Source: Candidatus Fervidifonticultor quintus (GTDB taxonomy: Bacteria; Sysuimicrobiota; Sysuimicrobiia; Sysuimicrobiales; Humicultoraceae). Taken from it: a stretch of DNA of 41,816 nt. The stretch spans positions 1 to 41,816 of the forward strand of contig JAVKIJ010000019.1 of the NCBI GenBank assembly GCA_031459535.1. Reading direction: 5' to 3'. The position numbers and the translations under genes were made by a program. Positions 25,449-34,452 of the stretch are shown here, one piece after another. Numbering within the stretch: position 1 is the stretch's first letter; each line of letters opens with the position of its first letter. Under the pieces are notes generated by a model, which worked only from the letters and a program-made list of their open reading frames with translations, was not told the DNA's origin and made no database searches.

Positions 25449-27008
25449 TCAGCGGCGGCGGACACTGTAGAATCGCGTGAGACCGTCAGCCGAGATCTCC
25501 ACACCCGCAAACGCTGCGCTGTGGGCCCAGGCGTACGCTGGATGCATTAGCGGCACGATGGGCGCATCCTCCATGTACAGTCTCTGGATCTCCCGGTAGA
25601 TTCGGTTGCGCTCGTCGAGATCGAACGTGCGCGCGGCCTGCGTCGCCATCTGGCGGAGCCTCTGACCCGGCGGCGTGTTCGGGTAATATGTGGCCGACTC
25701 CAGGCCCAAGAGAGCCACGCGGATCAGGAAGTCGGGCTGCGGGGGCGTGTACCAGCCTTTCATCGCCAGCTCCCCCTGCAGCGTATTGATGCTTCGCCAG
25801 TAGATCGCCGTGTCCAGGACCGAGAGCTTGGCGTCGATGCCTACCTTCGCCAGGTCGGAATGGACCTTCTCCGCCACCTGAAGGACATTAGGAATGAACG
25901 GCCGTTCCACGTTGAACGTCCACAACTGTGTGCTGAAACCTGCGGTGAGTCCGGCTTCGCCCAGCAGCGCCTTCGCCTTGGCCAGGTCATAGGGATACTT
26001 GGGCACGCCGGGATTGTAGCCGGGCATCCACGGCGGAAGCATACTCTCGGCGACGATGCCCAACCCCCCCTGGATCACCCGCATGATCGTGCCGCGGTCG
26101 ATGGCGTGGTTGAGGGCCCGACGAACCATGACGTTGTCGAGGGGCTTCTTCTGATCGTTGATCGCCACGTAACCGATGCACGAGCAGGGTTTGGTCAACA
26201 GGGCGAGCGCCCGATCGCCTTCTATGGCCGGCCGCTGGTCTGGCAGGATTCCCTTGAGAAAGTGGCCGGATCCTCGCTTGAGTTCCAGTAGACGGCTGCT
26301 TGGGTCGGGGACGACGCGGAAGACCACCTGGTCGAGACCCGGCGCGCCAGCCCAGTACTCTTTGTTGGCAACCAGGGTGATGTGGTCGTCCTTCACCCAC
26401 TCGGCGAATCTGAAGGGCCCCGAGCCGACCGGCTGTCGTGCAAAGCCGTCTCCCAGCCGTCGGACCGCGGTGGGGCTCACAATGGGCACCGGCCACGCCG
26501 CCATCATGTGGGCGAAGAGCGCGTAGGGTTCGCGGAGCGCGACTCGGACCGTGGTGGGGTCGACGGCCTCGGCCCGGACGATGAGCTCCCCGAGCCAGAT
26601 GCGAATGGAAGAAGTCCGTCCCCTGTAGTAATGGGGCGACTCTGGATCAAGCCGGTTAATGCTAAAGGCCACGGCCTCCGCATCCACCGGTGTGCCGTCG
26701 TGGAATCGCACGCCGCTACGGAGCTTGAAGGTCCACACGCGGCCCTGGAGGTTGTCCCAGGAGATCGCCAGGCCCGGCCGCACGGCCCCGGTGCTATCCA
26801 TCTGCAGCAGCGAGTCGAATACGTTGACGCCCACGTCCAGATCTTCGGTGATGGTCGTGAAACCGGGGTCGAGGAAGTTCGCGTCGGCGGACCGCACGAA
26901 CACCAGTGTGCCCCCTGGCTGGCTTGGAGCCGGCCAGCTTGGGCGCGTCAGAATGGCCACCGCGATCACAGCCACCAGTAGGGTGAGCACCCTCACTGCC
27001 TGCCTCAT
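25449..27008 (-). CDS. Peptide ABC transporter substrate-binding protein (family 5)
   Basis: LDP, WTFKLR.GVRFHDGTP, PVGSGPF, VRRALNHAIDR. Confidence 0.94.
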   Translation of the reverse strand: MRQAVRVLTLLVAVIAVAILTRPSWPAPSQPGGTLVFVRSADANFLDPGFTTITEDLDVGVNVFDSLLQMDSTGAVRPGLAISWDNLQGRVWTFKLRSGVRFHDGTPVDAEAVAFSINRLDPESPHYYRGRTSSIRIWLGELIVRAEAVDPTTVRVALREPYALFAHMMAAWPVPIVSPTAVRRLGDGFARQPVGSGPFRFAEWVKDDHITLVANKEYWAGAPGLDQVVFRVVPDPSSRLLELKRGSGHFLKGILPDQRPAIEGDRALALLTKPCSCIGYVAINDQKKPLDNVMVRRALNHAIDRGTIMRVIQGGLGIVAESMLPPWMPGYNPGVPKYPYDLAKAKALLGEAGLTAGFSTQLWTFNVERPFIPNVLQVAEKVHSDLAKVGIDAKLSVLDTAIYWRSINTLQGELAMKGWYTPPQPDFLIRVALLGLESATYYPNTPPGQRLRQMATQAARTFDLDERNRIYREIQRLYMEDAPIVPLMHPAYAWAHSAAFAGVEISADGLTRFYSVRRR

Positions 27009-27712
27009 CGTGTCCCTCCCGTCACAGGGGTTTTTGACGCGGCAGATGCCCGCATCGTTGCCAGATCCGCTTCTCGGCGCTCCAGTTGTTCGATGAACAT
27101 CCCAGCGGTCTCGCGTAGGTGCGCGACGGTCACGCTCCTGGCCCGGCGGGCGTCGCGCCGCAGGCACGCCTCCAGGATCTCCTGGTGGCACTCCATGGAG
27201 AGGGGGATGTTGCGCTCCAGGGTGATGTACAGCCGGACGTAGCGCTCAATGTGCTGACGCAGATGTTCAATCAACTGCACGAGCCGGTCGTAGCCTGATG
27301 CGCGGTAGATCGTCATGTGGAAGCGTCGATCCGCTGGGATCCAGCGCGACGGATCGCGGGTGCTCTCGCGCATCTCGTCCATCAGCGTCCGCAGCCGCCG
27401 GTCGTCATCACCCGTTAGGCGCCGGACGCCCAGCGAGGCCGCTTCGCCCTCCAAGAGCTGACGCATCAGGAAGATTTCCTGGATCTCCTGGACCGACAGT
27501 TCGGAGACCGTCGCACCGCGGTACGAGTGGGCGACCACGAGCCCCTCGGCGCTGAGTTGCCGCAACGCTTCGCGCACGGGCATGGGGCTGACCCCGAACT
27601 GCGCCGCCAGGTCCTCAATGATCAGCCGAGACCCCGGCGCCAGTTGGCCCGTGACGATTCGTTCCCGCAGGTCCCGGGCGATGGATTCCTGGATCGTCAG
27701 GAATCGGGACAT
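27005..27712 (-). CDS. GntR-family transcriptional regulator (FCD domain)
   Basis: LAAQFGVSPMPVREAL..L..EGLV; DRRFH, H.EIL.A, HL. Confidence 0.94.
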   Translation of the reverse strand: MSRFLTIQESIARDLRERIVTGQLAPGSRLIIEDLAAQFGVSPMPVREALRQLSAEGLVVAHSYRGATVSELSVQEIQEIFLMRQLLEGEAASLGVRRLTGDDDRRLRTLMDEMRESTRDPSRWIPADRRFHMTIYRASGYDRLVQLIEHLRQHIERYVRLYITLERNIPLSMECHQEILEACLRRDARRARSVTVAHLRETAGMFIEQLERREADLATMRASAASKTPVTGGTR

Positions 27713-27713
27713 C

Positions 27714-28520
27714 CTAGTACTGAGGCACGTCTGGGAGGAAACTCTTCCGTTCGCCGATGTGGAGATCCCGGAACTCGCGTGCCACTTCCACGAGCCTGGC
27801 TGCGGCCGCTTCAACAATCTTCATGCCCTTCTGGGCCGTCGCCAGCGTGGGGTCGCCGCCGATTCCGGTCTCAGTCTGGGTACTCCGCCAGTCCGTGAAC
27901 CTGACCGGTGAGGCCCCCATCAGATCCTCCCAGAAGTACCTCGTCTGCGCCCGGATGCCTGGGACAATCCGGTCGCGTCTCACATGCTCTGGGTCCAGCG
28001 CTAGGTAGACAGAGGTTTCGAACTCACACGCATGACTGGTCCCCCCGGGGAACGGCGACTCGCGGATCGCGCTGAACTCCTCGACGACGAGCGCCCAGTA
28101 GGAGACCGATGCGACCTTGGCAGGGCTCTGGAGTGTGGCCAGGCGAGCGGCCTGCTCCAGGAGGTGGGCGTTGCTCCCGTGCCCATTGACCAGGAGCACC
28201 CGGCGGAACCCCATGCGGCCGAAGCTCTTGGCCACGTCGGTGCAGTAATGGACGAAGTGGTCGGGGTCCACGGTGACGGTGCCGGGGAAGTCCATGTTGT
28301 GCTCGTTGAACCCGTAGTGGATGGGAGGCGCGCAGAGCAGCAGATCAGGCGCGGCGGCAGCGGCCCGCTCGCAGACCTCAGTGACCGAGAGGTTGTCGGT
28401 GTCCACGGGTAGGTGGGGGCCGTGCTGCTCGATGGCCCCCACGGGGACGAGCACCACACGGCGGGCCAGGGCAGCCTCCCTGACGTCCTCCCACGTCATC
28501 TTGGCCAGAGAGTGACTCAT
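27714..28520 (-). CDS. Creatininase-family amidohydrolase
   Basis: PVGAIEQHGPHLPVDTD, HNMDFPGT, NGHGSN, HACEFETS, GDP. Confidence 0.93.
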   Translation of the reverse strand: MSHSLAKMTWEDVREAALARRVVLVPVGAIEQHGPHLPVDTDNLSVTEVCERAAAAAPDLLLCAPPIHYGFNEHNMDFPGTVTVDPDHFVHYCTDVAKSFGRMGFRRVLLVNGHGSNAHLLEQAARLATLQSPAKVASVSYWALVVEEFSAIRESPFPGGTSHACEFETSVYLALDPEHVRRDRIVPGIRAQTRYFWEDLMGASPVRFTDWRSTQTETGIGGDPTLATAQKGMKIVEAAAARLVEVAREFRDLHIGERKSFLPDVPQY

Positions 28521-28533
28521 GAGAGCACTTTGT

Positions 28534-28551
28534 GATATTTGATCAAATATC
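28534..28551. promoter_or_regulatory. Perfect 18-bp palindrome, candidate GntR operator
   Basis: GATATTTGATCAAATATC, AT-rich, 13 bp upstream of the first gene of the GntR-containing operon. Confidence 0.7.
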
Positions 28552-28697
28552 GCACCTGTCACTTCGCCGCTGAGGGCGCGATTTCCTCCGGCAGTACAGT
28601 TGGCGCTCATCGAGTCCGTTGAAGGCCGTATCAAGAGGTCCGAAGGAACTGGCGAACTGACTAGGGGGTCGTCTCGGCAGTCGCACTCACGGACCTA

Positions 28698-28857
28698 CCA
28701 ATCACCAGCGGTAGGTAGCCAGGGTCGCCTGGGTGCACCCGGCGACCTGCTTGGTCAGCGGGAACGCTTTCGACCGCCTCGCGCAAAGGGTGAGCGTTGG
28801 CCTTTTCGCCGGATTTTGGAAGGGCCTCAGTGGCTGAAACCCGCGCCCTGACTGAAT
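28698..28857 (-). pseudogene. Remnant of the 5' part of an integrase homologous to 2046-2983
   Basis: Translates as NSVRARVSATEALPKSGEKANAHPLREAVE[+1]AFPLTKQVAGCTQATLATYRW*, colinear with KPVRTRVSAVRPLAESAEKAPAHPLREALEAFLLTKQVAGCTSATVKTYRWW. Confidence 0.88.
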
Positions 28858-28933
28858 TGGCGCGCCCGGCGGGACTTGAACCCACGACCTTTGGCTCCGC
28901 AGGCCAACGCTCTATCCACTGAGCTACGGGCGC
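28858..28933 (-). tRNA. tRNA-Arg (anticodon GCG)
   Basis: 76-nt cloverleaf GCGCCCG...TTGGC-CT-GCG-GA-GCCAA...GGTTCAAGTCC...CGGGCGCGCCA; TGcTACAAT promoter at 28985-28977. Confidence 0.95.
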
Positions 28934-29096
28934 GCGGTGAAGCGACCACCGGCCCCTGCCGATGGTCGGCAGGCGTATTGTAGCAGGTTGTCGCCAGCCT
29001 CGCCAGGACGAGCTCGATCTCGCAGAGCGGTCTCGCCCTCACCTGCAAGGCCGCTGCCTTCGCCCGGCCCCCTCACCCTCGCCGCGACCTACCCAC

Positions 29097-30410
29097 TCAC
29101 GCGCGGTAGGGGCCGCCCCGCAGCCTCGAATACCAGATGGCCGCCACCGCGGTACCGGCGCCGGTCAGGAGAAACGCCGTGCTGTACGCCGCAGGCGCGT
29201 AGTGGCCCCCACTGTCGGCACCGTGAGCGGTCAGGATGACGCCGATAGCCCACTGGAACAGGAACGACCCGCCGATGCCGAGCAGGTTGACGAAGGTCAT
29301 CGCCTGCCCGCCGACGTGGCTGGGGAAGGCGAGGCCGGCGTGGGCGAGTAACATGATGCCAAAACCGGCCGAGAAGCCGAAGGCTAGGTAGGCGGTGCGG
29401 ATGACCGGCAGCGGGGGCCGCAGGCTCAGTACTAGGTGGCTAGCCGCGAAGGCCAGCATGGCCCAGGTGACGGTGCGGACGAGCCCGAACCGCTGCGCCA
29501 CCCAGCCCGAGGACCCGTAGCCGGCGACCACGCCGCCGCTCAGCAGCAGCAGGGTGTTGCCTACCGCGATGGGGGACAGTCGCGCGACGTCGTAGAGATA
29601 AGGCCCGCCCCACAACCCCTGAACAGCGAACTGCATGCCGGCCACGAAGAAGTGCATGACTCCCATCCGCCACAGGGCGTTGTTGGTCAACAGTGAGGTC
29701 AGGGGACCGGGCGTGTCTACGGCAGGTCGTGGAGGCGAGACGCCCCGAGGCGCTGTCCGGTCCGAGGCGTGGCGGTCCGGGACGCCGCGATCTGGCCTCT
29801 CGCGGTCCGGGGCGTCGCGGTCCGGGACGTTGTGTTCCGGGGTATCGCGGCCCGGGCTGTCACGCGTGCCGAGGGTGATACTCAGCGCCGCCAGCCCCGT
29901 CAGCGCGGCGGCAGCGACGAACACCGGCCGCCAACCGGCCGCCGCGGCCAGCGCTGCCAGTGGCGTGGCCGCGGCCAGGGCACCCAGGGCCCCGATGCCG
30001 ACGAACAACCCAGAGACGGCCGGGTACGCGCGACCCGGGTACCACGCCCTGAAGGCCTTGAGCGCGCCCATCAGGACCCCGGCCATACCGATGCCGAGGA
30101 GGGTCCGTCCAAGGGCCAGGGTCGCGAAGTCGCGCGCCGCGCCAAACGCCAGGCTGCCGGCAGCGGCTGCCGTCATCAGTGCCGGCGTTACGCGGCGCGG
30201 CCCGTACCGGTCCAGCGCGGCGCCCAGCGGCAGCTGCGTGGCGGCAAAGGCCGCGTAGAACAGGCCGGTCATGAAGCCCAACTGTGACGCGCTCAGGGCG
30301 AACTCACGGGCCAGGGCAGGCGCGATGACGGCGTTTGTCGAGCGGAAGAACTGCGAAAGGAAGTACGCCGCCAGGAACGAGGCGAACAGTGTGGACCGGT
30401 TGGGTTTCAA
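29097..30410 (-). CDS. MFS transporter
   Basis: GAALDRYGPRR motif A, GRTLLGIG; about 12 hydrophobic segments. Confidence 0.92.
   Translation of the reverse strand: MKPNRSTLFASFLAAYFLSQFFRSTNAVIAPALAREFALSASQLGFMTGLFYAAFAATQLPLGAALDRYGPRRVTPALMTAAAAGSLAFGAARDFATLALGRTLLGIGMAGVLMGALKAFRAWYPGRAYPAVSGLFVGIGALGALAAATPLAALAAAAGWRPVFVAAAALTGLAALSITLGTRDSPGRDTPEHNVPDRDAPDRERPDRGVPDRHASDRTAPRGVSPPRPAVDTPGPLTSLLTNNALWRMGVMHFFVAGMQFAVQGLWGGPYLYDVARLSPIAVGNTLLLLSGGVVAGYGSSGWVAQRFGLVRTVTWAMLAFAASHLVLSLRPPLPVIRTAYLAFGFSAGFGIMLLAHAGLAFPSHVGGQAMTFVNLLGIGGSFLFQWAIGVILTAHGADSGGHYAPAAYSTAFLLTGAGTAVAAIWYSRLRGGPYRA
29757..29861. repeat. Degenerate 15-bp tandem repeat (7 units) in the MFS central loop
   Basis: Units resembling GCGGTCCGGGRCGYY; encodes (D/x)-x-P-D-R pentapeptides. 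Confidence 0.8.
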
Positions 30411-30453
30411 AGATCGGCGGTGCGCTCAGCGACCGACGTGCTGTCTCTCCAGA

Positions 30454-30846
30454 CTACCCGGCGTTGGGATCGTCCTGCCACATGCCAAACACATTCATGT
30501 CTGGATCGGAGAGCACCGCAAACCAACCCATCCGCGGCACCGGGGACTTGGGTCGGAGCACCGTCGCCCCCAGGCTCCGGGCCTTCCCCAGCGCCTCGTC
30601 GATGGACGCGACCGTGACGTAGTTGAGCCAGTTGCGGGCGTCGGGGGTGGGCCGCTTCATCAGTCCACCGTTGATCCCGCCGGGCTGGGTGGGCATCCCT
30701 TTCTCGTCGGTGGGGACAGTGGCGATCATCCAGTAGTCCATCCCCGAGACCTTGTCAATCGTCCACCCGAAGAGGGCCCGGTAGAAGCCCGCAAGTTTCT
30801 GCGGGACATCGCTGTAGATCTCGAAGTGCGCGACCGGATTCGGCAT
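30454..30846 (-). CDS. VOC-family (glyoxalase/bleomycin resistance) protein
   Basis: VAHFEI, FYRALFGW, GINGG, GWFAV..DPD.N.FGMWQ. Confidence 0.92.
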   Translation of the reverse strand: MPNPVAHFEIYSDVPQKLAGFYRALFGWTIDKVSGMDYWMIATVPTDEKGMPTQPGGINGGLMKRPTPDARNWLNYVTVASIDEALGKARSLGATVLRPKSPVPRMGWFAVLSDPDMNVFGMWQDDPNAG

Positions 30847-30869
30847 GGGAGCCTCCTCTAGCGAGGTAC

Positions 30870-30964
30870 TGGCGGAGGAGGCGGGATTTGAACCCGCGAG
30901 ACGGGCTCATCACCCGTCCACCCGCTTAGCAGGCGGGCCGGTTACCGGGCTACCGTACTCCTCC
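30870..30964 (-). tRNA. tRNA-Ser (anticodon GCT)
   Basis: 95-nt cloverleaf GGAGGAG...CCCGC-CT-GCT-AA-GCGGG, long variable arm, GGTTCAAATCC, CTCCTCCGCCA. Confidence 0.93.
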
Positions 30965-31085
30965 CGGACGTGCGCGACTGCGGTTTGCACGCGCCACGTG
31001 GGCGCCCAACCGCACAGCTTAGCGTAACACACCCCCCCAGGCGTCACAAGGTGAGGTCTTCGGAAGCCTCGAAGGGGCGGGGATC

Positions 31086-31656
31086 TCACCTGTTGTTGAA
31101 GATCAGGTCCAGATCGAGGGTGAAGCTGGCCAGCACGGGATCCAGCGATATGGATCTGGGCGGCTCCAGGATCTGTGGATCCCGGTCAGGCGCATAGACC
31201 TCTACCGCGCGTCGCTGCCAGTCGATCAGCACGGCCAGCCGGGCACCATTCGCTATGTACACCCGCATTTTCTCCCGCAGGGTCCGCAGCGAATCGCTGC
31301 TGGAGAGAATCTCAAAGACCACGTCAGGGCAGAGCGGCAGAACCTTCCTGTTGCCCGGGGCTCAGAGCCTCCCAGCGCTCGAGGCGCAGCCACGACGCGT
31401 CAGGCGACAGGAGCGAACCGTCGGGCAGATGAAAGCCAGTCGACGGCCCAAACACGATGCCGCGGCCTTCGGTCGTGGCCCAGTTGTGCAACTGCCTGAC
31501 GAGTGCGGCCTCCGATCTCCCTGCCCTACCGCCGGTAGGCGTCACAATCAGTTCCCCGGCGGCGTTTCGTTCGATCTGCAGGCCGGGATTACGCCTCGCC
31601 AGCTCGAAGATCTCCTCGTCGGTTGGACGCCGCGCCAGTCTGAGGCTGATCGCCAA
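31086..31656 (-). pseudogene. Uma2-family (DUF820) endonuclease, frameshifted near 31341
   Basis: IER.A.GELIV, SPDASW in one frame and LPLCPDVVFEILS, GARLAVLID in another; SD GGGAGG before TTG 31656. Confidence 0.85.
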
Positions 31657-31984
31657 AGCCTGCCTCCCTGTTCCGTGTGACCTGATTGTAACACCGCTGA
31701 ACAACCACGGTGTCTCCCACAGGTGTCTTGCCCAATATAGCTATCGGCCCGTTTGCGCGGAAAGTCCGCTCGGCGCGCTTGTGATGTTCTTTGAACTCGG
31801 AACTTGCCCGCGCTGCCGCGCTCACGGCCCCCGTCCGAACGGAAGGGAGCGGCCTGACTCTGGCAGAAGCCGCACTCCGTGAGCCGATGATCACCGCCGC
31901 GCACGCGGCGCCGGCGTGGCGACCTGGACCTTCTGGCGGCGCCGCAAGCCGTCGAGTTGCTGCCGAACCTAAGAGCAGAGGAGC

Positions 31985-33061
31985 GTGGATCGCCTGATGC
32001 CGGACGTTGAACCCCGCTATGCCCCAGAACGCCTGAAGGTCTTCGCAATCGAAGCGCTGAGGCGCGCGGGCGCCACCGACGAAGACGCGCTGCTCACCGC
32101 CGAGGGCCTCGTGCACGCCGACCTGAGGGGCATCCACACCCACGGAGTCGTGCGCGTCCCCATCTACGTGGCACGCCTGCGGCGCGGGTCTTTCAACGCG
32201 AGCGCCACGCTGACAACGGTGACGGTCCGCGGCCCGGTGGCGCTCGTGGACGCCGGCGCGGGCCTGGGCATCGCTATGGCCAGCCGCGCGATGGACATGG
32301 CCATCGGCCTGGCGGCGGAGCACGGTGTAGGCCTCGTGGGGGTGCGCAACAGCAGCCACTGCGGCATGCTGGCCGGCCTGGCGCTGCGTGCGGTGGCAGC
32401 CGGGATGATCGGCGTCGCAATCAGCAACGCCGACGCTCAGGTGGCCCCGTGGGGCGCCAGGGCCAAGTTCCTGGGCACGAACCCGATGGCCATCGCCGTC
32501 CCCGCAGGCCAGGAGCCGCCCATTGTCCTTGACATGGCCACCAGCGTCGTCCCGCATAGTCGCGTTCAGGCAGCCGCGGCGCTCGGCCAGGCCATCCCCG
32601 CGGGATGGGCCATCGACCGCGAAGGCCGGGTCACCATCGACCCCCATGAAGCGCTCCACGGAGCGCTCTTGCCCTTCGGCGGCGCCAAGGGGTCGGCTAT
32701 CTCGCTGATGATCGACGTCCTGGCCGGCCTGCTTACGGGCGCTCTCTCGGGGCCGGACATCGCGCCGCTCTATGAGGATCTTGAGCGGCCGCAGGGGCTG
32801 GGGCACCTGGTGATGGCCCTCCACCCGGAGGCCTTTGGGCCGGCCGGTGCCTTCACGGCGCGGGTGGATGCCTTGATCCGCCGTGTTCGAGCACTGCCCC
32901 CGGCCGAAGGGTGCGACCGCGTCTACCTGCCGGGAGAAATCGAGCATGCGCGGATGCTTGAGTACCGGCGGTCCGGCATCCCGCTCCCCTCTGAGGCGCG
33001 TGCGGCCGTCGAGCGCGTGGCCGACGAACTTGAGCTGACCGCTCCTCTCCCGGAGACCTGA
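31985..33061 (+). CDS. Ldh_2-family oxidoreductase (malate/L-lactate/ureidoglycolate dehydrogenase family)
   Basis: ADLRGIHTHG, RNSSHCG, GTNPMA, LDMATS, GGAKGS, YLPGE. Confidence 0.93.
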   Translation: MDRLMPDVEPRYAPERLKVFAIEALRRAGATDEDALLTAEGLVHADLRGIHTHGVVRVPIYVARLRRGSFNASATLTTVTVRGPVALVDAGAGLGIAMASRAMDMAIGLAAEHGVGLVGVRNSSHCGMLAGLALRAVAAGMIGVAISNADAQVAPWGARAKFLGTNPMAIAVPAGQEPPIVLDMATSVVPHSRVQAAAALGQAIPAGWAIDREGRVTIDPHEALHGALLPFGGAKGSAISLMIDVLAGLLTGALSGPDIAPLYEDLERPQGLGHLVMALHPEAFGPAGAFTARVDALIRRVRALPPAEGCDRVYLPGEIEHARMLEYRRSGIPLPSEARAAVERVADELELTAPLPET

Positions 33062-33090
33062 GAGGGGCCCACGGGGCCGGCTGGGCGGCC

Positions 33091-34452
33091 TCAGCCCGCG
33101 AAGCGCTCCAGGATCAGGGCGACGTGCTTGATGCCTTGGATGTAGTCGTCCAGGCGGATGTTCTCGTTGGGGCCGTGCACGTTGGCTCGCGCGTGACCGA
33201 TGCCGGTACCGACCGCGGGCAGGTTGGATGGTGCGCAGACGACGTGCATGGGGCCGGTCCCTGCCTGCGTAGGCAGGATGACGGGTGGCACCCCGTAGAC
33301 CTCCTCGGCGGTCTCGGCGACGACCTTCACGATCGGCGCGTCGGCTGGCGTCTTCCAGGGCTCTTCCATGCCACAGACGCGGACGGCGATGTCGCCGAAG
33401 CCCTCGCGCTGCAGGTGGTCCCGCAGCTTGGCCAGGATGTCCTCGGGGCGCTGGGCTGGTACCAGGCGGAAGTCCACCTTGGCGCTGGCGCGGCGCGGCA
33501 GCACGGTCTTGGACCCCGGACCCTGGTAGCCAGCGGTCAGGCCGCAGATGGTGCAGGTGGGCTCGAAGAGGTTGCGCCGCACCAGGTCCGTACCGGTCAG
33601 GTGCTTCACGAACGCCGCAATGCCCAGGTCCTGCAGTGCCGCCGCATCGTCTCGCCCGGCGGCAATGCGCTCGACCTGCGCCAGCTCGGCGGCGGTGGGC
33701 TGGAGGACGTCATCGTAGAAGCCCTGGATGCGGACCTGCTCGTCCGGCCCTTTCAAGGTCTCTAGCGCCCAGACCAGCCGCCAGGCGGGATTGGGCACGA
33801 TGCCGCCAGAGGCAGAGTGCAGGTCGCGGCGGGCGCCTGCGGCTTCCAGCTCCACGTAGAGGATGCCCTTGACGCCCAGGTAGATGTTGAGGACGTCGTT
33901 GTGGTCCTTGGCGCCGGACTCCCACAGACAGGCGTCGGCGCGGGCCAGCTCCGGATGGGCGCGCAGGGCATCGCCCAGGTGCGGGCTGCCGATCTCCTCC
34001 TCGCCTTCGATGAGGAACCGCACAGTGACGGGCAGGCGGCCGCGAACCCGCAGCCAGGACTCTACCGCCGCAACGCGGGCCATGATGTTCCCCTTGGTGT
34101 CCTGGGCGCCGCGGGCGAAGAGCCGGCCATCGCGGATCTGGGCGCCGAAGGGGTCGGAGTCCCACTCATCTAGCGGGTCGGGCGGTTGGACGTCGTAGTG
34201 ATCGTAGATGAGCAGGGTCCGGGGGCTGTCGCCAGGGATCTCCGCGACGACGAGCGGGGGACCGCCCGGGGCCGGCTCAGTGCGCGCGGGGATGCCCTTG
34301 GCCCGCATCTGCGATGCGAGGAGCTGGGCGCACGCCTCGACCCCGGCACCCTGCGCGGAGACCGACGGCTGGCGGCAGAGGCGTTGCAAGTCGCTGATGA
34401 ACGCGCCAGCGTGCGCGTCAATGTAGCGGAAGAGGTCGCGTTCGCTCTTCAT
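33091..34452 (-). CDS. M20/M25/M40-family metallopeptidase
   Basis: HYDVQP, RGAQDTKG, EGEEEIGS, HGPNEN. Confidence 0.93.
   Translation of the reverse strand: MKSERDLFRYIDAHAGAFISDLQRLCRQPSVSAQGAGVEACAQLLASQMRAKGIPARTEPAPGGPPLVVAEIPGDSPRTLLIYDHYDVQPPDPLDEWDSDPFGAQIRDGRLFARGAQDTKGNIMARVAAVESWLRVRGRLPVTVRFLIEGEEEIGSPHLGDALRAHPELARADACLWESGAKDHNDVLNIYLGVKGILYVELEAAGARRDLHSASGGIVPNPAWRLVWALETLKGPDEQVRIQGFYDDVLQPTAAELAQVERIAAGRDDAAALQDLGIAAFVKHLTGTDLVRRNLFEPTCTICGLTAGYQGPGSKTVLPRRASAKVDFRLVPAQRPEDILAKLRDHLQREGFGDIAVRVCGMEEPWKTPADAPIVKVVAETAEEVYGVPPVILPTQAGTGPMHVVCAPSNLPAVGTGIGHARANVHGPNENIRLDDYIQGIKHVALILERFAG

Noticed and set aside
3060-28697. Distal att repeat (duplicated tRNA-Arg(GCG) 3' end) delimiting an island
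   Set aside because: Visual search of the intergenic regions found no copy of the tRNA 3' end, so island boundaries are not claimed.
28686-28800. Structured ncRNA downstream of tRNA-Arg(GCG)
   Set aside because: The apparent hairpins fall within sequence better explained as an integrase gene remnant.
30870-30964. Selenocysteine tRNA because of its length
   Set aside because: Anticodon is GCT with a 7-bp acceptor stem; an ordinary long-arm tRNA-Ser.
31828-31873. Guanidine-II (mini-ykkC) riboswitch
   Set aside because: The twin hairpins lack ACGR loops.
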